Positions 49,489 to 61,270 of a stretch of DNA of 64,000 bases are shown here, piece after piece. Position 1 is the stretch's first letter. Every line of letters starts with the position of its first letter. Under the pieces are notes generated by a model, which did not search any database, was not told the DNA's origin, and was given only the letters and a program-made list of their open reading frames with translations. The translations under genes and the position numbers were made by a program. The stretch spans positions 2,275,419-2,339,418 of the forward strand of contig NW_003314275.1 of the NCBI RefSeq assembly GCF_000143415.4, given 5' to 3'. The DNA is from Selaginella moellendorffii (taxonomy: Eukaryota; Plantae; Lycopodiophyta).

Positions 49489-52400
49489 CTCTCATGTTCC
49501 AGCGAAGCTGTAAGTTGAGCACTCCATGTAGGGACCTGAATGCCTTGCGCGGTTAAAAAGATGGGACGGTGGTTGCAGGCACGTACACAGAAATCTCCTG
49601 GACAGCAGCAACGGCGTTGACTCGTACTCCATCGTGACTGACGTAATGATGCAATAACGGGAGCACCACCCTCTCTACCAAACTTGGTCGCAAAGGAGAG
49701 AATGCCTGAAACCAAAGAAAACCGTTTTAACTCAAGAATTACCTTACCATTTCTACTGTGGCGAAGAGGATCCCAGTCGGACAAACGGTGCAAATATAGC
49801 AGGACCACTGTAAGCATCCGTGCAGGCACCTCGATGCCACTCTGTCAACCTGTTCTTTCCTATCCCGATCTTCAGACGCGTCGCTGAAAATTCTCTCTGC
49901 AGTTTCCAAAGCTTCATCCCAACCAGATCCAAAAGCCATTTCGTTGTCGCTCTCGCCACTGAAACACTCCTCTGAGGAGGTCTTGGCAAGAACCCAATTC
50001 CTTGCGTCGACTTCATTTGAGGCAGAGTTGGCATGAGCCGACGCTGTCTATATGCTCCCACCTCGGTTCACGACAGCCATAGCCGCTTCAATAGCCGAGT
50101 CAAGTTGCACTTTCTCGTCAGCACCATCCAGTATCAGTATCCGTCTTTGAAATACTGCATTGGCACGTTCATCTCCTCAAGTTCTTCAATCAACATCAAC
50201 AGACTTTTGTCCTGGGAAGCGGCGTCAGTAAACACATGCACGAAAGATAAAACAGTACACACCTGTTAAAACTCGCATAAAGTCTCTCATCTTCCCGGCC
50301 GATGAGAACTTTTCTTCTAACATCGTGATACTAGCAGCAGAAAAAGTTAAGTTCTGTTCCACAGAGTAAACATCCTTGCTGCAAGGCGAGCATGGCTGAC
50401 TCTGCCTGTTGATCCAATGTAAATGTCGCATGCGCTACAGGCGGCCTGCTGTAACTCCAGACTGACCATAAGCACCACCGGCTCACTTCACCGCCTTACT
50501 GGAGGCTGGAATGAAATGCCTCGGATCCAACCTTTCCAGACTTTTGCTCGTTGCTCCTAGCGGCCAAGGAGAAGAGGCTCTCTAGCTCGTTCATGTGTGT
50601 TCTTTGTGAGGAAGGAAAAAACAAAAAAGAGATACCTTGGCTGCTCCGCCCTGCATAGCCGTGGTATGGCTTCAGAGAGGTCTTCTTCGAGACCCGAAGC
50701 ACCAGCAACCTGTCCTCGGCCTCGACCATCAGGAGGCGAAGGTGTCAAAGGACTACTACCTGTCCTCTTCCCAATGCAGGTGGCACCGTGGCAATGGTGA
50801 CTTGGCACCGAGAGGAGGCGATCCGGTCCAGAGGTGGAGGCAGAGGAGTGCCTCGAATTTCAGGCGGCAGTGGCAGCGGTGGTGAGCTTGATGGAGCAAG
50901 GAGCGAGCGCTAGTTAAGTACCGCTGCGCTGCCTCCACTTCCCCTGCCACAAGCTGCGAGGCTTTCCAAACTCAGGCTCTTGTCTTTCTGGATTCTGCAT
51001 ACTGTGTGAAGAAGTTGTTGGTGCTCTCGCTTTACTTGTATTTGAGAAAAGAAAAACAAAAATGAGAAATGTTTGTTCACGATCTATGGACACACCTTGT
51101 GAGTGGCTGTAATGTTTTAAACAAACGATTGACAAAAAAAATGCCATCGGGGAGGGCGTTCATCCAAAAAGAAAGAAAAAGAGAAGATGAATCCGATCAT
51201 AAGAAAAAAAAAAACACGTGGTACTCTAATCTGGTCATCTGGTTGGAATAAAAAACGGAGAGGGAGACCAGTAACAAATGTTTACTTGCCTCAGAGCTTT
51301 GAGAAGCTCATGTCTCTGCATTTGTGAGTATCCAGATGCCTGTGTTCTGGGCATGGATGTGAAGTTCCAGAACTTTGAGATGTGCAAGCTCATCCTCATG
51401 ATCATCAGCACGGGGCCTTTTTCTTCTCTGCACTAGCACCTGCGGGTAGGTTTGTAAAAACGTGTCATCAGGAGGTGTTTGCTGAAATTCGGAGGCATTT
51501 AAGTTTTCGTCACATTTTGTTCGTTATAGGCCATAGTAAGAATATACAGATATACTCCTGATACAAAAAACAAACCAATGTGAGTGAAAAAAACAACAAT
51601 GTCAATATACTTAATGGTGAATTATTTGATTCAATTACTGAAGAATACCATAGCACTTTCGAACTTGCATCTGGCTGCTTGAAAAAGATGGTCTGATTCC
51701 ACATTGGTTTCATCTTTTACCATATTTCCATATAACTGGCGCAGAACTTCAATAAGAGGTGGGCATAGTGATATAATAGAGCTGTCAGTAATTGAACCTA
51801 GCATAGCATATTCATTAAGCATATTACTATCTTTCTTAAATCTGTATATATAATACATAATTTCTTTAATAATCTCTTATAAAAATGTTTCTCAATAGAT
51901 ACTTTTATTAACACTTAAACAAAATACACAAAGCTTAAAACCTCATTCCTATTTATATTGCACTAGAATCTCAGCATATAGCATTTCAGGAAATAAATTG
52001 TCATATTCCCCAGCAATCTAGGATGAACTAAAGCTGGTCAATATGGTATTATGACTAATATATAGACAAGGTTTTACAAATTTTGTCTCAAAGTGGTTAA
52101 TAAGAACCTGTGTGGAAATAACACTTATGATATAATACATGTTTCCTAAACAATAAGTAACATCAATAGTGAATTGCATACATTATAATTGCAAGCATGC
52201 TTAGGTCATTAATGGATGTATTGGACTTCAGCAACATAAGTTGTATGTACACTATTGTATTTGTGTTGGTAACTATAAAGATACAGTCAGTTTTGGCAAC
52301 AAACTCTCTATTGCAAGATATTGAAAGTTTTGGAAATTGTAACATGTATAAAAGACCTTCCAAAATCATTGTGATCTCTAATTTTTCATTAGACATTCGA

Positions 52401-52679
52401 TACAAAAACTCCCAGTAATTACATGATATGTTTAATGAATATAGGTTAATCAAGATTAGTGATTTAGACTTCAACAATATAAAGTTGCAGTAACTTGTAT
52501 AAATCTAATGTTTAAACAAATATGGGCTTTTTGGTTTGCTTAAGCAAACCTATTGAAATAGTGAATATACCTAAAATAAATTTGGATATTCTATAATATT
52601 CTATCATCTAATGGTGGTTATTCATTAATATTAATCTTGTAGTTATAATTTATAGACTTTTCTAACCACTTTGTATCAC

Positions 52680-54640
52680 AATGAGCATGTGAGGTCTTTT
52701 GAAGCATGAGCCAAAGAAACCTTGTAACTTATTGGGTTCTATGTTTAGAATAACAATTGGAAGGGAGCTCTCAAAGTTTCCAAGCTTATGGTATCAAGCT
52801 TAATTATCTCAGCTACTATCAACGATTAATGTTTGTGTTGGTATTGGGAATTTGCCACAAAGCAAGTCTTTTAGATCATGAGAGATGCCAACAAGCAAAA
52901 AAACCATAGATGTAATACATATGGTTTTCACCTTTTATCCTATGGTGAATTACTATGGGATAACTATGAAATGGAGTTTAAACCTTTTATGTGCCACATG
53001 TTACATGCCACGTGTCACATGCCATGTGTCCAAGGACAATAGAGTAGAACCCAAGTTTTAAGGCTTTGGGCCTCTAAATGAAGGTACAAGGCCAAACTCC
53101 TAAGCTTACAACCAAACAACAAAAGAATTGGAGCATAGAGTAACTTTTGACCATTTAACTCAAGGAACAAAGGGATAAAAGTACAAAGTGACTTTGGAAT
53201 TGTTTTAGAACTTCTAGCATCTCAATGGCAAAACTAGTATGCAAAATGGAGCCAAACTCTATTTGGCTCTATTTTAGCATATTAGTGGTTTAACACAAAG
53301 ACATATGTACTCTATCAACTAAAATAGTGTGGAACTTGGGTTTAAATCTAAGTTGGACACAGAATAAGGACAGACATGCAAATGGGAATTAGATTATGTC
53401 AACCATACCTGACCTATTCATTATCCCTACTATACATTTGGGAACCCTTCCACCCCTCCCCCCCCCTAAAATGAAGGTACAGGGCCAAACTCTTAAGCTT
53501 ACAACCAAACAGTAAAAAAATTAGAGCATAGAGTGACTTCTGACCATTTAACTCAAAGAACAAAAGGATAGGAGTACAAAGTGACTTTGGAATTGTTTTA
53601 GAGCTTCTAATATCCCTGCCAAGACTAGTATGCAAAAAAACTTTGTTTAACTCTATTTTAGCATACTGGTGGTCTAACACAAAGACATAAGTATTCTATC
53701 AGCTAATATAGTGTGGAACTTGGGCTTAAATCCAAGTTGGACACAATTAAAGATAGACATGCAAGTGAGAACTAGATTATGCTTTAGATTGGTTAACTAT
53801 GCCTAACCTATTCATTATCCCTACTATACATTTGGGAACCCCCCCCAACCCCCTCTAAGGAACACATGCTTTGGGCTTTCACCCCCAATCACCATTAGTA
53901 CCAAGAGTTAGTCTCTAGGATAAGTGTAAATTTTATTAAATATGGAGTGGTGTTAGATTGCGAATTTGGATACAGGACCAATACCATTATGTTCAAGACA
54001 ATCTCTACATTTGTAGATATACCAAATTAGCAAATCTAGATATTTTCCATAAATAGCAATTGAGACTGAATAGGACTAACACATGGGTGTGATAGCAAGA
54101 GTAGACATGGTAAACTATCATCTAGCAATATTGAGGGACCAAGTTCAATATCACAAGAGACTAATGCAAGCTAATATATGAGTTTCTCATACTAGGCTAA
54201 ATATGCTCACCAAGAAACACATAGAAGTTCCTACCTTATGTTATTTAGCATAAGTACATACATGATGATTAGTTTCTCAATTACTTTAAGTGGAAATTAA
54301 TAAAAAGTCAATAATACCAACTTCCTACTATTGTAGTAATAAAGAAAGAATATCCAAAAGGACTAGCTAGCAAGTAACTTTCGATACCCACAGTCATATT
54401 TATGACATTAAAACCCATTAATCTCTATATACGTCTGGTGTGAAAACTCCATATTAGTGATCCAGGGTCCATGGATGGAACCATCATGATATCATATCTT
54501 GGAACTTGATCCTCTCTTGCTATACTCAAAATGGAAGAAGTGAAGAGTCTTTTGAGATGTTTTGGGAGATGAGGCTAGATGGATCTTGTCAGTGAGACAC
54601 CATCACCTTTAGCACTCTATATTATATTTTGTCTCAATAG
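52680..54640 (+). pseudogene. PPR pseudogene remnants flanking the second solo LTR
   Basis: CEVF*SMSQRNLV before the LTR, and HDIISWNLILSCYTQNGRSEESFEMFWEMRLDG...DTITFS after it. Confidence 0.6.
52911..54407. mobile_element. Older solo LTR, same family as 20557-21701, opposite orientation, with ~390-bp internal tandem duplication
   Basis: Both ends match the reverse complement of the 20557-21701 termini. Duplicated unit starts at ~53071 and ~53463. TSD is not preserved (ataga/ttaaa). Confidence 0.85.
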
Positions 54641-56395
54641 GGTGCACTATTCCATCCTTTGTTGTAGAGAGGATGTTGTATTGGGATATATTCTCAAACA
54701 CAAAGCCCACCTTTTTTTTACAATGCAATGCATGTTTATGAAGGTCTAAGATGACTTTTACTTGGCTTACAAAATGGGTAACTACCCTAACCCTAAGTTT
54801 TAATTTAGTAAATATGGAATGTGAATTGGATTTAGGACACTCTCTACATTCTATAAATATGTCTATTAGATAGATCTAAACACTTACCATAAATAAGATA
54901 TAGAGCAATATGATATGTGCTAGTAAACTGACATGAAACATATTATTTACTTGAGACAACTCATCATTACAAAATTCAACTTATAGGATACATCACCAAC
55001 CCAATTCAACACTTAATAGGGACTAATATATCTTTGTAATAGCTTCTAGGACAAAGATCCCTTAAGATTTAAGTTTCGTAAAGATAATCAAATTTAGTTT
55101 CCCACTTGATAGGTTATGTTGATCTTTATCATGACGATATTTATTTTGAGCATTGCCCATTACCTCAGTTGTGCACCACATAAGTCTAAATAGCTACAAC
55201 CAATTACTCATGACTATTTGAAAATGAGTAAGCATATAAAATTATTAACATACTAAATTGTATATAACAAATACAAATAATATTCTAGTTATCTTATATT
55301 TCTATATTACCATGCAAAAATTTATGGATAAATTTTTAGAATATATTTAATATTTTAAATTCAAACATATAAATATTATAACAAGAACTTTTATTTATTT
55401 ATGGCTAAATTTTTGTTTATTACTTTATGTTTAATAAGTTTAAAAGTAAATTAACAGAAAATAAAATAAGTACTAGTGTGTTACTTTTTCATTGGATCTT
55501 AGATAAATATATTTTTTAAGAAAAGAAAATTTATCTTGAATTTTATATTCTTAATAGCAGACCATTTTTTCAATTCAACACAAAGAATTAGTTTATTTTC
55601 TTAGTTTGTTATTTTATCATTTTAAAATACAAAACTTATGAATTATCATTAATCAAATAGATGTTAATAACAATTGGAACATAAGATAGAAGCTTCTAAA
55701 AAGAATTTTAAATTTTTTGCAATTTTGACATTTTTGTTTTTGTTTTTGTCTATTTAATGTCATAAATTTCGTTGCAATAAATAATTTACATAAAAAGTTG
55801 AACAGTTTTAGCAATTTGTATACTTAGTTGCATACATTCTTAGAGAATTTTGGGGGCCAGTCACAGGCTTGGCTTGCAAATCAGATCGCAGATCGCAGGA
55901 ACAGTGACGAGTCCCACAACCGTGGTAGCGTCTTCAACAAACGGGACTGCTTCCCGGATCATTTCTTCGGCGTCAGCGTTTCGATTCACTTCCACTCCAC
56001 CACCCCGTCTCTATGGCCGTGAGCTATGTATAAACTCATGAAGGACATTCTCCTCTTAAAGAATGAACAGAAAGTATGCAGCCAAAAACACAAGCACAGA
56101 ATGCTTAAACTCAAGACAGCAAAACTTAACCGATCTACTTCTAACAGATGACGTTATCACCATTTCATGAGATTTGAATTCTGGCTTTTGTGAATTTCCC
56201 CGATCTTGCTGAAGCTCGTACTTAGGCAGAAAAATCGATCGCAGCAAGGGCATACGTTTTAACACCGAACTGGATCGCTCCAGTGCTTGGACGAGTATAT
56301 AAGAATGTTCGCTGATATTTGTAAGTGTAGTGTCACTTAATTTATTTGTTTTCCCGAGTGATGAATTTTCTGAAGTATACACATTTCCCAGCCTT

Positions 56396-57205
56396 CTATT
56401 GGCTGATTTTTCGCTTAGCATCGTCGGCAGTCTTCTTAGCATCCTCGCTCACGTTGCTCGCACCCTTCTTCAGGGAGCTGGTGGCATCGCTAGCCTTGTC
56501 CTGCGCCTCATCGCCGCTGCCTTTGATCGCCTCTCCAGCGCTGTTTAGTTTGCTCTTGACGTTCCCGGCCGCATCCTCGAACGCCCCAGTAGCCTTATCC
56601 TGGATCAAATCCAACACCCATCACCTCGCGTCACAGAGAGGAAAACAAAGGAATGGGATTTCGACTAGACTTACTTTCCAACTCTCAGCGTCACCTTGTA
56701 GATCGGAGCTCTTGCCCTTTGCGTCTCTCTCAAAGTCCTTGCCCTTACTCTGGACGTCGTGCTTCGCGGAGCCAGCAGAGTCGGCCAAATCGTCGAACTT
56801 GCCCCTGGCACTGCTGGTTGCGTCCTCCGTCTTGTCCCTGGCGTCGCGGGAGGCCCCTGTGACGAAATCCGAGGTTTGATTAGCGGCATCCTTCACCTTG
56901 TCCCCGACTTGAGATGCAGTCTTCTTGACATCATCCACAATCCCCTGCGCGAGAAGAGAGGAATACAAGTTAGATTCGATCGAAAGATCATCGCATTGAT
57001 CGATGGGAAAACAGAGGGAGAGTAAACTCACATCATCGGCCGCCCTGACGATGCAAACTCGAGATCTTTGCCTCAAGCTCAACTGTGGAAATCTGGCTGC
57101 TCCCGTGCTGACGCTCCCGCGGACAAAGCTGCTGTGACTCGGTGGTGCAACGCTGATGTTGCTCGCGGCTAGATTGCTCACGCTCGTCGTCATCGCCAAT
57201 GCCAT
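56396..57205 (-). CDS. LEA-like hydrophilic protein with probable plastid transit peptide, 3 exons
   Basis: Ser/Ala-rich N-terminus ending VRA, followed by A/K/D/S-rich helical repeats (ASQVGDKVKDAANQ, AQDKASDATSSLKK). Confidence 0.8.
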
Positions 57206-57390
57206 TGCGTGTAGGAAAAATTGCAAAAGATAAGACTGTGTAGTGATTCACGAAAGATGAGATGTGATCGCGAAAACTGGATGAATGAGAGTTGCGTTGG
57301 AACAGCGGGATATATAACAGCGTGAAATAAATTTCAGGAGAATTTAAAGCTATCGACACTTGGAAAATTTTACAGCAGGTTGTGGCGATG

Positions 57391-57500
57391 CCACACGTTG
57401 CCACGTCCAAAGCTGGCCATGCAAGAGACGCGTGTCTCTTGTTACATGAAAGTCTCGATTGAGATTTTAACGCATGTGAAAAAAATCAAATTTGACGTCA
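57391..57500 (-). promoter_or_regulatory. ABA-response complex upstream of the LEA gene (ABRE + CE3-like + TGACGTCA)
   Basis: ACGTGGC on the minus strand at 57400-57406, ACGTGT at ~57393-57398, ACGCGTGTC at 57428-57436, TGACGTCA at 57493-57500, TATA-like at ~57311. Confidence 0.65.
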
Positions 57501-57609
57501 ATATCAGGCATATTCTTTCGTACATTCTTCTAACCAATAGGTCGGAGGATCGAAACCCCTCATTGAAAATAAGACAGGTCGGGCGATCGAATCTTCTCTG
57601 CTGGAATGG

Positions 57610-59301
57610 ATGGGCGACGCTTCGGCAATTCTCAAGCTGCTAGATTCTTGCCGGAGCGTCCCCACTCTCGGATCGATCGAGCCCTCACTCGATCTCTCCG
57701 GCAATACATTCCTCGCCAACAAGCTGATCGAGGTCTATGGCAAGCTCGGCAGCTCGCGGCACGCCCGCCGCGTCTTCGATTCGCTCAATAGCCGGGACCA
57801 GTTCTCGTGGGACTTCATGCTGCTCGCGCACACCAGGAATTTCGAGATCGCCGACGCCGCGGATCTCTTCCTCGCGATGCCCCGCAAGCGATTGATCTCG
57901 CACAACATCCTCCTCTCCGCCTACGCCCAGGCCGGCGCGATCGAGGAGGCCCGCCTCCTCTTCGATCGCATGGCGCAGCAGACGCTAATCTCCTGGAACT
58001 CCATGCTCGCGGCCTACGCCCACGCCGGGCACCTCGAGCGCGCCAAGAACACCTTCGATTCCATGCCCGAGAGGGATCTAATCTCCTGGAACACGCTCCT
58101 CTCCTCCATCGCCCAGCAGAGCGATCGCCCACACGACGCGATCGCTCTCTTCCACACGATGCCGCAGCACAATCTCCTCTCCTGGACCGCGATGCTCGTC
58201 GCGAATTCTCGCCAGGGATCGCTCGACACTGCAAGAGCAATGTTTGAATCGATGCCACAGCGCGATGTTGTGGTGTGGACGACGATGCTCGTGGCTTATG
58301 GCGAGATCGGCGATCTATCCAGCGCTCGCTGGTTCTTCGATCGAATGCCCGAGAGAGATCTAATCTCTTGCACAGCGATGCTAACAGCATATTCCCAAAA
58401 CGGGCAAATAGATCAAGCCAAAGCACTGTTTAACTCGATGCCAAACATAAACATGGTTGCCATCACTGCGATGTTGGTTCTTAGCGGACAGACCGCATCT
58501 CTCGCGGATGCCGAGAGAATCTTTGACCGGGTCCCGGAGAAGACCCTAGTATCTTGGACTGCGATGCTCGCAGCATATGCCCAGCACGGGCATCTGGAGA
58601 ACGCCAAGCAAATGTTTGATTCCATGCCTTTCCACAACACTATTGCCCACACCGCAATGCTCGACGGATATTCCCTGCGAGGGAATATGCTCGCGGCCGA
58701 GGAGATGTTTGATACCATGCTGGAGAAGAACACTGTCGCATGGACGTCTCTTCTCTCAGCAAATGCTCACAATGGAAACCTGCGAAGAGCCACGAAGGTT
58801 TTCTCGACAATGCCGGAGAGGAGTTGCAATACCTGGAGCGCGATGCTGGATGCTCTCACGTTTAAGGAGCGTTCTCTCCAAGTTTTTGATGTCTTCCACG
58901 GCATGAAAACGATGGATTCGCCTGTTGATGCGAGCTTCACGTCGGTTCTCATTGCCTGTAGCCGGGAAGGCAAAGTCTACCTGGGAAGATCCATCTTTGT
59001 GTCGATCAGGATGGACTTTGAGCTCCACCACCGCAGGCAGCACTACGGATGCATGGTCGATCTTCTCGGGCGCGCTGGATATCTCAACGAGGCGCTGGAG
59101 CTCATCAGGAGCATGCCTTTTGTTCCGGAAGTTTGGGAGTGGACGTCGTTTCTATCCTCTTGTCGCCACCATAACAATTTCGCACTGGGCGCTTATGCCG
59201 CGACGAATGTTCTCCGTTTGAATCCCAAAAGCAATGCCTTTGCGCTCCTGGCAGAAGCGTGTTCCAAGCACCACCAAAACTTTAGAGACTCTCCACTTTG
59301 A
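57610..59301 (+). CDS. PLS-class PPR protein with E-type C-terminus, no DYW domain
   Basis: Intronless 563 aa. 31-aa repeats FDSMPERDLISWNT; C-terminal HYGCMVDLLGRAGYLNEALELIRSMPFVP...WTSFLSSCRHH. Confidence 0.95.
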   Translation: MGDASAILKLLDSCRSVPTLGSIEPSLDLSGNTFLANKLIEVYGKLGSSRHARRVFDSLNSRDQFSWDFMLLAHTRNFEIADAADLFLAMPRKRLISHNILLSAYAQAGAIEEARLLFDRMAQQTLISWNSMLAAYAHAGHLERAKNTFDSMPERDLISWNTLLSSIAQQSDRPHDAIALFHTMPQHNLLSWTAMLVANSRQGSLDTARAMFESMPQRDVVVWTTMLVAYGEIGDLSSARWFFDRMPERDLISCTAMLTAYSQNGQIDQAKALFNSMPNINMVAITAMLVLSGQTASLADAERIFDRVPEKTLVSWTAMLAAYAQHGHLENAKQMFDSMPFHNTIAHTAMLDGYSLRGNMLAAEEMFDTMLEKNTVAWTSLLSANAHNGNLRRATKVFSTMPERSCNTWSAMLDALTFKERSLQVFDVFHGMKTMDSPVDASFTSVLIACSREGKVYLGRSIFVSIRMDFELHHRRQHYGCMVDLLGRAGYLNEALELIRSMPFVPEVWEWTSFLSSCRHHNNFALGAYAATNVLRLNPKSNAFALLAEACSKHHQNFRDSPL

Positions 59302-59650
59302 AAAAAAACAAGCTTACCAAGTTTTTCCTCGCAAAAGAAAGAAAAACTTTCGTTCTTTAAGACGCGGGCAGAGGATGGACGGTAATTTTCTCCTGGTATG
59401 TTCTTCCGCGCCTCTAGAAAGCCCGACGGAGAAGAAAGCTGACTGTTAGAAGTAAAAGGAAGCTCTCACGTGATTACCATTGATGAGCTATTGACTTTGA
59501 TCGTTTTTTATACGCCGAGTCCAAGTGAAGAGCTGGTTCTTGCACGATCTTGATACAATAAGCTTTAGCCAGTTTGCCTGCACGATCAAATCGGCTATGA
59601 TCGCAAGAACATTATAAAGAGGAGCTCCATACCTGAGTGAAGAGCAGTCA

Positions 59651-61270
59651 ATGGATCGCCTACACTTCGCTTGGTGCTTGGTATTTTTCTTTCTCGCACA
59701 AGTTAGCAGTGCTTCATCTGATGTCTTCGATCCGATAGCAGTTCCTGATATGTGCAAAAATGCCAAATATGAAAAGCTGTGCCTAGAGTTAGTAGCGCAG
59801 AACCATACCAAGGATGCTCTAGTAAGGCAAGCAATGCTCCATGCCAAGGACGGGCTCCAAGAGCTGAGGCATTCCTGCAAGAACATGAGCAGCAGTTCAG
59901 ATCACGGCGAGGGGAAAATGCATGCGGCTCTAAACGACTGCTCTGGGCTGCTCGAAGATGCGTCGGAGCTTGTACATGACTGTCTCTCTGAAGGCTACTA
60001 TTTCTCTACGACGGCCAAGCTGGAGGACATCCAGACATGGATGAGTGCAGCACTTACAGATTGGGATACATGCATAGACGGCTTGAAAGACGCTGGAAGT
60101 AGCGGAAAATCTGCAGCACGCAGACTGGAAAAACAAGGAGCCGAAGTGAACACCATGATCAGTACAGCTCTTTCTCTAGTTGCTTCAATGTACCCACCTG
60201 GAACGCACCCAAGTCGGTCTTGGCTGAGAGGAAGAATTCTAGCAACAGCATCCACACCAGTTCCAAACGTCACCGTTGCAAAAGATGGAAGCGGCCAGTT
60301 TTCCAGCATCTCGGCCGCCATCGCAGCAGCACCTACACAATCAAGAACGAGGTACGTCATATACGTGAAACAGGGAACATACGTTGAGAGCTTCGAGGTT
60401 CCAAAGTCAAAGCCCAATCTAATGCTCCTCGGAGATGGAATCCGCAAGACAATCATCACAGGCAGCAAGAGCGTCCAGGATCCGGGAGTGACAACTTTCA
60501 CCTCGGCAACAGTGAGTAAGTGATAGAACAAAAAACAAGTTCTAGCAAATCTAGAACTACGCATGAACTGACAGATCTTTTCAGTCGTGTCGGGAAACAA
60601 TTTCCTGGGACAAGGGATCACAATCCAAAACACAGCAGGAGCAGTCAATCACCAAGCAGTAGCACTGCGAGTCACCGCAGACAAAGTAGCCTTCTACAAA
60701 TGCTCCTTCGAGGGATTCCAGGACACACTCTACGCTCACTCTCTCAGGCAGTTCTACAGCCAATGCCGGATCTATGGCACGGTCGACTTCATCTTTGGAA
60801 ACGCGGCAGCCGTGTTCCTCAACTCGGAGCTCGTCGCTCGAGTTCCAATGACCAACCAAAAAAACACTTTCACAGCACAGGGAAGAACTGACCCAAGCCA
60901 AAACACGGGGTTTTCGTTCCAGGGATGCACCGTGGATGGCAACGCGGACCTCAAGAGCGCGATCCAGAGCTTCCCAACGTACCTGGGCAGGCCGTGGAAG
61001 GAGTACTCGCTCACCGTCTTCCTCAAGTGCTACCAGGGGAACGTGATCAATCCCGCGGGATGGCTGGAGTGGGACGGAGATTTCGCCCTCAAGACGCTCT
61101 TCTACGGGGAGTACCAGAATCAGGGCCCCGGATCTGGAACATCGCGGCGCGTGTCGTGGTCGACGCAGATCACTAGCCAGGACCAAGCGAATCGATTCAG
61201 CGCTCGGAATTTTGTGGCCGGGCAGGAATGGCTGCCCCAGACGAGCTTCCCATTCCAGCTCGACGTGTAA
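59651..61270 (+). CDS. Pectin methylesterase with N-terminal PMEI pro-domain (type 1), 2 exons
   Basis: Signal peptide; PMEI (ALNDC, DIQTWMSAALT...TCIDG); catalytic VAKDGSG, QAVALRV, FQDTLY, GTVDFIFG, YLGRPWK. Intron at about 60512-60583. Confidence 0.96.

Noticed and set aside
51560-52500. Possible minus-strand PPR remnant
   Set aside because: Only faint resemblance in heavily AT-shifted sequence; not supportable without an alignment.
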